A stretch of DNA of 64,000 nucleotides. Source: an uncultured Actinomycetota bacterium. Lineage in GTDB: Bacteria; Actinomycetota; Actinomycetes; S36-B12; GCA-2699445. The position numbers and the translations under genes were made by a program. Below are positions 60,265 to 64,000 of this stretch, in pieces. Every line of letters starts with the position of its first letter. The first letter of the stretch is position 1. Below the pieces are notes generated by a model. That model saw nothing but the letters and a program-made list of their open reading frames with translations, was not told where the DNA came from and did no database searches. Location of the stretch: NCBI GenBank assembly GCA_963706835.1, contig CAVPOB010000016.1, positions 132,093 to 196,092 on the forward strand, read 5' to 3'.

Positions 60265-60859
60265 CTCGGCCGATCCGGCACCGGCCGCGCCCGGACCGGC
60301 CCCGCTGTCCTCCGGGCCACTGCCACTGAGCCGAGCGGCCGCCTGGGTTTGGGCGCTGGCAATCCTGGTCACCACGCTCTTCCTGGGATTCGGCCTGACG
60401 GCGATCGCTGAGCGTGTTGCGGAGGTCATCGTGCCGCCGGGCGCGATCACCTTCGGATCTGCCGCCATCCTGCCCGCCCCGGGTTGGGCGCTCACGGAGC
60501 GCACCTCGACCTCTGTCACGCTCGACAAGGACGGTGTGGTGGCGCGGTTCCGCTCAGTTGCGGCGCAAGGCGCCTCGGCCGCGGCCCGCACCTTGGACCT
60601 GGCCGAGGACATGATGCAGCAATACCCCTCGCTCACCGTCGCCAGCCAGCCCTATAGTTTCGCTACACCCACCGCGGATCAGGGACAACTGATCGCGGTG
60701 GCCGGGGTGAACCGGACCTCGGTCGTCGCCTCGGTGGTCGCCGGAGACGAGGCGGTCGACGTGCGGTCGCTGGGAGAGTCGGCACTGTTCGGCGAAGCGA
60801 TCGCCGACATCGAGGCCATGATCGAGAGCATCCGCATCCAGGAGCCCGGCAGTGGCTGA
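60218..60859 (+). CDS. hypothetical membrane-anchored protein
   Basis: Continuous frame after ackA with one TM span (AAAWVWALAILVTTLFLGFGLTAI) and GC3-rich codons. The start is very uncertain (ATG 60218 overlaps the ackA end, and no ATG/GTG lies between the ackA stop and the TM). Confidence 0.4.
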   Translation: MRNGRSPNRRWTLSPSSADPAPAAPGPAPLSSGPLPLSRAAAWVWALAILVTTLFLGFGLTAIAERVAEVIVPPGAITFGSAAILPAPGWALTERTSTSVTLDKDGVVARFRSVAAQGASAAARTLDLAEDMMQQYPSLTVASQPYSFATPTADQGQLIAVAGVNRTSVVASVVAGDEAVDVRSLGESALFGEAIADIEAMIESIRIQEPGSG

Positions 60860-62345
60860 TCCGAGCCCTCCGGCGCCTCCGAACCAGGCCCAGCCGGCCG
60901 CATCCCCCTACGGGCCGGCAACCGTCGATCCCGAACTGGTGCTGGCCTCGGCAGCCGTGGCCGAACCGGTTGCGATGGCGCCCGCTCCCTCGACCTACAA
61001 ATGGCAGGCCCTGCGCTCGAGGTGGCTGACGACGCGATACCCGCTGGTTGCGGTGAGCCTGATCCTGCTGATCGTGTCGGTCCCGCGGGTCACGGCGTCG
61101 GTGGTGGATGTGGTGGGGCGATCCCCGGCGGCCGGCACCGTGGCGCTCCTCGTCTGGGCCGCCTATGCGTTTCCGCTGATCTGGATCATCAACCGCTTCG
61201 ATTTCTTCGAGCGGGAGCCGACCACGCTGCTTGCGATGGGACTTGCCTGGGGCGGGGTGATCGCCTCCAGCATGGCCGTGCCGGCGAATCAGGCCCTGTT
61301 CAGCATGCTCACCTCGTTCTTCGGCGAGGAGTTCTCCCAGCGCTGGGGGCCAGCGCTGGTAGCGCCGACCACCGAGGAACTGCTCAAGGGCGTCGGCATC
61401 ATCGCCGTCATCCTGCTTGCCCTGCGGGGGATCCGCAGCGCCATCGACGGCTTCGTCGTGGGAGCCATGGTCGGCCTCGGCTTCCAGGTGGTCGAGAACT
61501 TCGTCTACACGGGCAACCTCCTGCTTGCCGCCGGCGACTCGCCCGCCTCGGTGAGCACCGTGTTCGAGGTCTTCCTGGTGCGTGGGATCGGCGCGGGGCT
61601 GTGGAGCCATGCCGTCTACTCCGGCGTCGTCGGCCTCGGCGTGGGCTATGCGCTGACCCGGACCGACCGCACGCGCGCGCGGCGGCTCGCCGTCGCGCTG
61701 GGCATGCTCGCCGTGGCGTGGTTCATGCACTTCCTCTGGAACCTGCCGGCGCTGGTGGACGGCGCGGCTGCGCTGGCGTCGATGGGGAAGGCTGCCATCA
61801 TCCTGGCGCTGCTGACGATCGTGGTCGTGCGCAACCAGCGTCGGCATTCCACCATCTACACCGCCTATCTCGCCGCATTGGAGGATCCCGATCTGGCGAC
61901 GGCGGAGGAGATCGAGCACCTGCGCACGTATCGCAGCAGGGAGGCCGCCGTGCAGGAGGCCGGGGAGCGGGGCGGGGAGAAGAGCGCGGACGCGGCACGC
62001 CAACTGCAGCGTGCGCAAGCAGACCTGTCGGTGGCGCTGGCGACCGGCGACCTGGCAGGCGTCGCCGCGGGCAAGCGGCGCATCCGGCAGGTTCGCGCCC
62101 GCAGGGCCGAGGCCGAACTCCTGCCGCCGGACCTCGGCTACCGCTGGGGCGTGGCATCGATCTGGATGTCCATCGTCGGTGTCGTGATTCCGATCATCGG
62201 CCCGCTGGTTGCGGCGATCCTGGCCTGGGTCGGAACCCACGAGGCACACAGCAGGGGTGCTGGCATGGCGAGCACACTGCGGGCGGCCTGGCCGGTGGCC
62301 GGGCTCTCCCTGGTGGCCGGATTGGTCCTCCTCCTCATCATCTGA
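60852..62345 (+). CDS. PrsW-family intramembrane metalloprotease
   Basis: 497 aa, polytopic. [10 protein letters not shown] (EExxK), [10 protein letters not shown] and LWSHAVYSG motifs characteristic of PrsW, plus a cytoplasmic helical region and a C-terminal TM pair. Confidence 0.8.
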   Translation: MADPSPPAPPNQAQPAASPYGPATVDPELVLASAAVAEPVAMAPAPSTYKWQALRSRWLTTRYPLVAVSLILLIVSVPRVTASVVDVVGRSPAAGTVALLVWAAYAFPLIWIINRFDFFEREPTTLLAMGLAWGGVIASSMAVPANQALFSMLTSFFGEEFSQRWGPALVAPTTEELLKGVGIIAVILLALRGIRSAIDGFVVGAMVGLGFQVVENFVYTGNLLLAAGDSPASVSTVFEVFLVRGIGAGLWSHAVYSGVVGLGVGYALTRTDRTRARRLAVALGMLAVAWFMHFLWNLPALVDGAAALASMGKAAIILALLTIVVVRNQRRHSTIYTAYLAALEDPDLATAEEIEHLRTYRSREAAVQEAGERGGEKSADAARQLQRAQADLSVALATGDLAGVAAGKRRIRQVRARRAEAELLPPDLGYRWGVASIWMSIVGVVIPIIGPLVAAILAWVGTHEAHSRGAGMASTLRAAWPVAGLSLVAGLVLLLII

Positions 62346-62404
62346 GGCTGCGGCCAACGCGCAGGTGGGGATGCGGTCCGGGCGGGCTTTACCCTGGAAG
62401 CCTG

Positions 62405-63862
62405 ATGGACAGCGCACCGACCACCGCCCGTACTTTCGCCATCCGCACCCTCGGCTGCCAGATGAACGTGCACGACTCCGAGCGGATGGCGGGTCTGCTC
62501 ATGGCCGATGGGATGGTCCGTGCTCAGGACCCCGCCGATGCCGACGTGGTGGTCTTCAACACCTGTGCGGTGCGGGAGAACGCCGACAACCGCCTCTACG
62601 GCAATCTGGGTCTGCTGGCGCCGAGCAAGCGTGCCAATCCCCAGTTGCAGATCGCGGTCGGCGGATGCCTGGCGCAGAAGGATCGCGCGGAGATCGTGCG
62701 GCGGGCGCCCTGGGTGGACGTGGTGTTCGGCACGCACAACATCGACGCGCTGCCCGTCCTCCTGCGGCGGGCCGCCGTCGCGCAGCGGGCGCAAGTCGAG
62801 ATCGCCGAGTCGCTGGAAGTGTTCCCCTCGACGCTGCCGGCGTCGCGCGACGCCGACTACGCGGCGTGGGTCGCCGTCAGCGTCGGCTGCAACAACACCT
62901 GCACTTTCTGCATCGTGCCGGCGCTGCGGGGCCGCGAACGGGACCGCCGGGCGGGCGAGATTCTCGACGAAGTGCAGGCGCTCGCCGCGCAAGGCGTTCT
63001 GGAGGTGACGCTGCTCGGGCAGAACGTGAACGCCTACGGGGTCGAGTTCGGCGAGCGCGGCGCCTTCGCCCGACTGCTGCGCGAAGTCGGCGCCGTGCCC
63101 GGGATTCGCCGGGTCCGATTCACCAGCCCTCATCCGCGCGACTTCACCCCGGACGTCATCGAGGCGATGGCGCAGACGCCGACGGTCATGCCCCACCTGC
63201 ACATGCCGCTGCAGAGCGGCTCGGACACCGTCCTGCGCCGAATGCGGCGGTCCTATCGCAGCGGCAAGTTCATCGACATCGCAGCTCGGGTGCGCGAGGC
63301 GATGCCGGAGGCGGCCATCACCACCGACATCATCGTGGGATTCCCCGGTGAGACCGAGTCCGACTTCGCCGCGACGATGGATGTCGTGCGGGAGGTGCGC
63401 TTCGCAGGGGCGTTCACCTTCCAGTACTCCAAGCGGCCCGGGACACCGGCGGCGGAAATGCCTGACCAGGTGCCCGCGGACGTGGTGGCCGACCGGTACC
63501 GACGATTGCAGGCGCTGATCGAGGAGATCGCCTGGCAGGAAAACCAGGCGATGCAAGGGCGCCCGGTGGAAGTGCTCCTGACCGCGGGAGACGGTCGCAA
63601 GGACCACCGCACGGACCGGCACAGCGGCCGGGCCAGGGACAACCGCCTGGTGCATGTGGCGCTGCCTGCCGGCACGGTGGCGCGCCCCGGCGATCTCGTG
63701 ACGGCGATGGTGACCTACGCGGCTCCCCACCACCTGATCGCCGACGACTTCGTTGCCGTTGAGACCACTCGCCGGTCCGCCGCCGAACACAGTTGTGGAC
63801 CCGCGGCACCGGGCCCGGGTCCACAACCAGTGGTGCTGGGACTGCCAACCGTGCGAGGCTGA
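62405..63862 (+). CDS. miaB: tRNA (N6-isopentenyl adenosine(37)-C2)-methylthiotransferase MiaB
   Basis: [26 protein letters not shown] and the radical-SAM CNNTCTFC cluster, with a TRAM-like C-terminus. ATG 62405 inside the long ORF 61001-63862. Confidence 0.95.
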   Translation: MDSAPTTARTFAIRTLGCQMNVHDSERMAGLLMADGMVRAQDPADADVVVFNTCAVRENADNRLYGNLGLLAPSKRANPQLQIAVGGCLAQKDRAEIVRRAPWVDVVFGTHNIDALPVLLRRAAVAQRAQVEIAESLEVFPSTLPASRDADYAAWVAVSVGCNNTCTFCIVPALRGRERDRRAGEILDEVQALAAQGVLEVTLLGQNVNAYGVEFGERGAFARLLREVGAVPGIRRVRFTSPHPRDFTPDVIEAMAQTPTVMPHLHMPLQSGSDTVLRRMRRSYRSGKFIDIAARVREAMPEAAITTDIIVGFPGETESDFAATMDVVREVRFAGAFTFQYSKRPGTPAAEMPDQVPADVVADRYRRLQALIEEIAWQENQAMQGRPVEVLLTAGDGRKDHRTDRHSGRARDNRLVHVALPAGTVARPGDLVTAMVTYAAPHHLIADDFVAVETTRRSAAEHSCGPAAPGPGPQPVVLGLPTVRG

Positions 63863-63872
63863 CGAGTCCGGA

Positions 63873-64000
63873 TCAGGAGGACGACGAGCCGCCCATGGCG
63901 TCGCTGGCCTTGGCGGCCGCATCCCGAGCGGCCTGCTCCAGCCTGACCAGCCATCGCTGCGGCCTTGGCCTTTGCGGACTCGGCGCCGCCCCCGCTGCGC
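63873..64000 (-). CDS. 3' end of an unidentified Ala-rich protein gene (runs off window)
   Basis: Minus-strand frame open to the window edge, reading ...LEQAARDAAAKASDAMGGSSSS-stop (stop complement at 63873-63875). Too short to assign. Confidence 0.3.
   Translation of the reverse strand, partial: AAGAAPSPQRPRPQRWLVRLEQAARDAAAKASDAMGGSSSS

Overview
High-GC (roughly 70 percent by eye) Actinomycetota chromosomal window with about 60 protein-coding genes on both strands. I recognised no rRNA, tRNA, transposase, integrase or cas genes. The content is core housekeeping and is strongly syntenic with two Mycobacterium tuberculosis blocks. The first is clpS-DUF2017-mec-cysO-cysM ... murI-MBL hydrolase-rph-rdgB (Rv1331-Rv1341-like). 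The second is sufR-sufB-sufD-(Rieske)-sufC-sufS-sufU-DUF59 ... enoyl-CoA hydratase / ABC-F / small HTH (Rv1460-Rv1473A-like). Other genes include a partial arcA with a divergent YfcC-type transporter, a WhiB regulator, thioredoxin, a PhaC-like hydrolase, sortase F with a DUF4397 substrate and an atypical pyruvate kinase. There are also a Rieske-TPP fusion enzyme, an ECF sigma/anti-sigma pair, two ABC exporters, TldD/PmbA, SerB, NfeD-SPFH, pta-ackA, PrsW and miaB. Two things are not explained by ordinary annotation. (1) A dispersed, highly structured GC-rich repeat family forms four 0.3-0.9 kb intergenic clusters (about 3.1-3.75, 30.2-30.5, 42.2-42.7 and 52.3-53.2 kb). Each cluster is built as forward units, a conserved 25-nt spacer, then reverse units. 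(2) Roughly 40 or more single-base frameshifts are concentrated in otherwise well-conserved, partly essential genes (sufC/S/U, ABC-F, pta, ackA, rph and others). I interpret these as more likely assembly or sequencing indels than real gene decay. Start codons were chosen by eye and may be off by a few codons. All family assignments come from my reading of the translated ORFs, not from database searches.
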